Assembly (NCBI RefSeq): GCF_006345805.1
Contig: NC_042998.1
Location: 105,834,001-105,898,000, forward strand
Length of the DNA: 64,000 bases
DNA from: Octopus sinensis
Taxonomy: Eukaryota
Direction of reading: 5' to 3'
Shown here: one piece after another, positions 63,961 to 64,000 of the stretch
Layout: every line of letters starts with the position of its first letter
Numbering within the stretch: the first letter of the stretch is position 1
Position numbers and translations under genes: made by a program
Notes under the pieces: generated by a model
What the model was told of the DNA's origin: nothing
Database searches by the model: none
The model's input: only the letters and a program-made list of their open reading frames with translations

Positions 63961-64000
63961 GTTTGGGTCAGAGTGTATGCTACCTTCTCTTTAATGCCAC

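Overview
AT-rich, microsatellite-laden animal genomic DNA. The SINE families and repeat landscape look like a coleoid cephalopod (Octopus-type); this is an inference, not verified. No prokaryotic systems, rRNA, bona fide tRNA genes or CRISPR arrays were found. Main content: (1) A large multi-exon protein-coding gene on the minus strand. I reconstructed a phase-consistent GT-AG exon chain from about 46.2 kb down to about 10.65 kb; the protein family is not recognised. (2) Inside one of its introns, a near full-length R4/Dong-type non-LTR retrotransposon next to TAA repeats. Its RT is split by a complete CsRn1-like Ty3/gypsy LTR element with 417-bp LTRs identical by eye, a CATT TSD, a tRNA-Trp PBS, a PPT and a clear -1 frameshift signal. 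(3) Many TE relics: Penelope-like, RTE, L1/Tx1, HERO-like, mariner/maT/Tc1, a piggyBac-type MITE, two convergent Helitron-like elements and dozens of SINEs. (4) At least nine type I hammerhead ribozyme motifs. Three have an intact catalytic core and foldable stems, one carries the U3:A8 covariant core, and one lies inside a ~345-nt partial tandem repeat resembling a metazoan retrozyme. Most ORFs in the supplied track are microsatellite artefacts. All alignments and folds were done by eye, and boundaries of decayed repeats are approximate.
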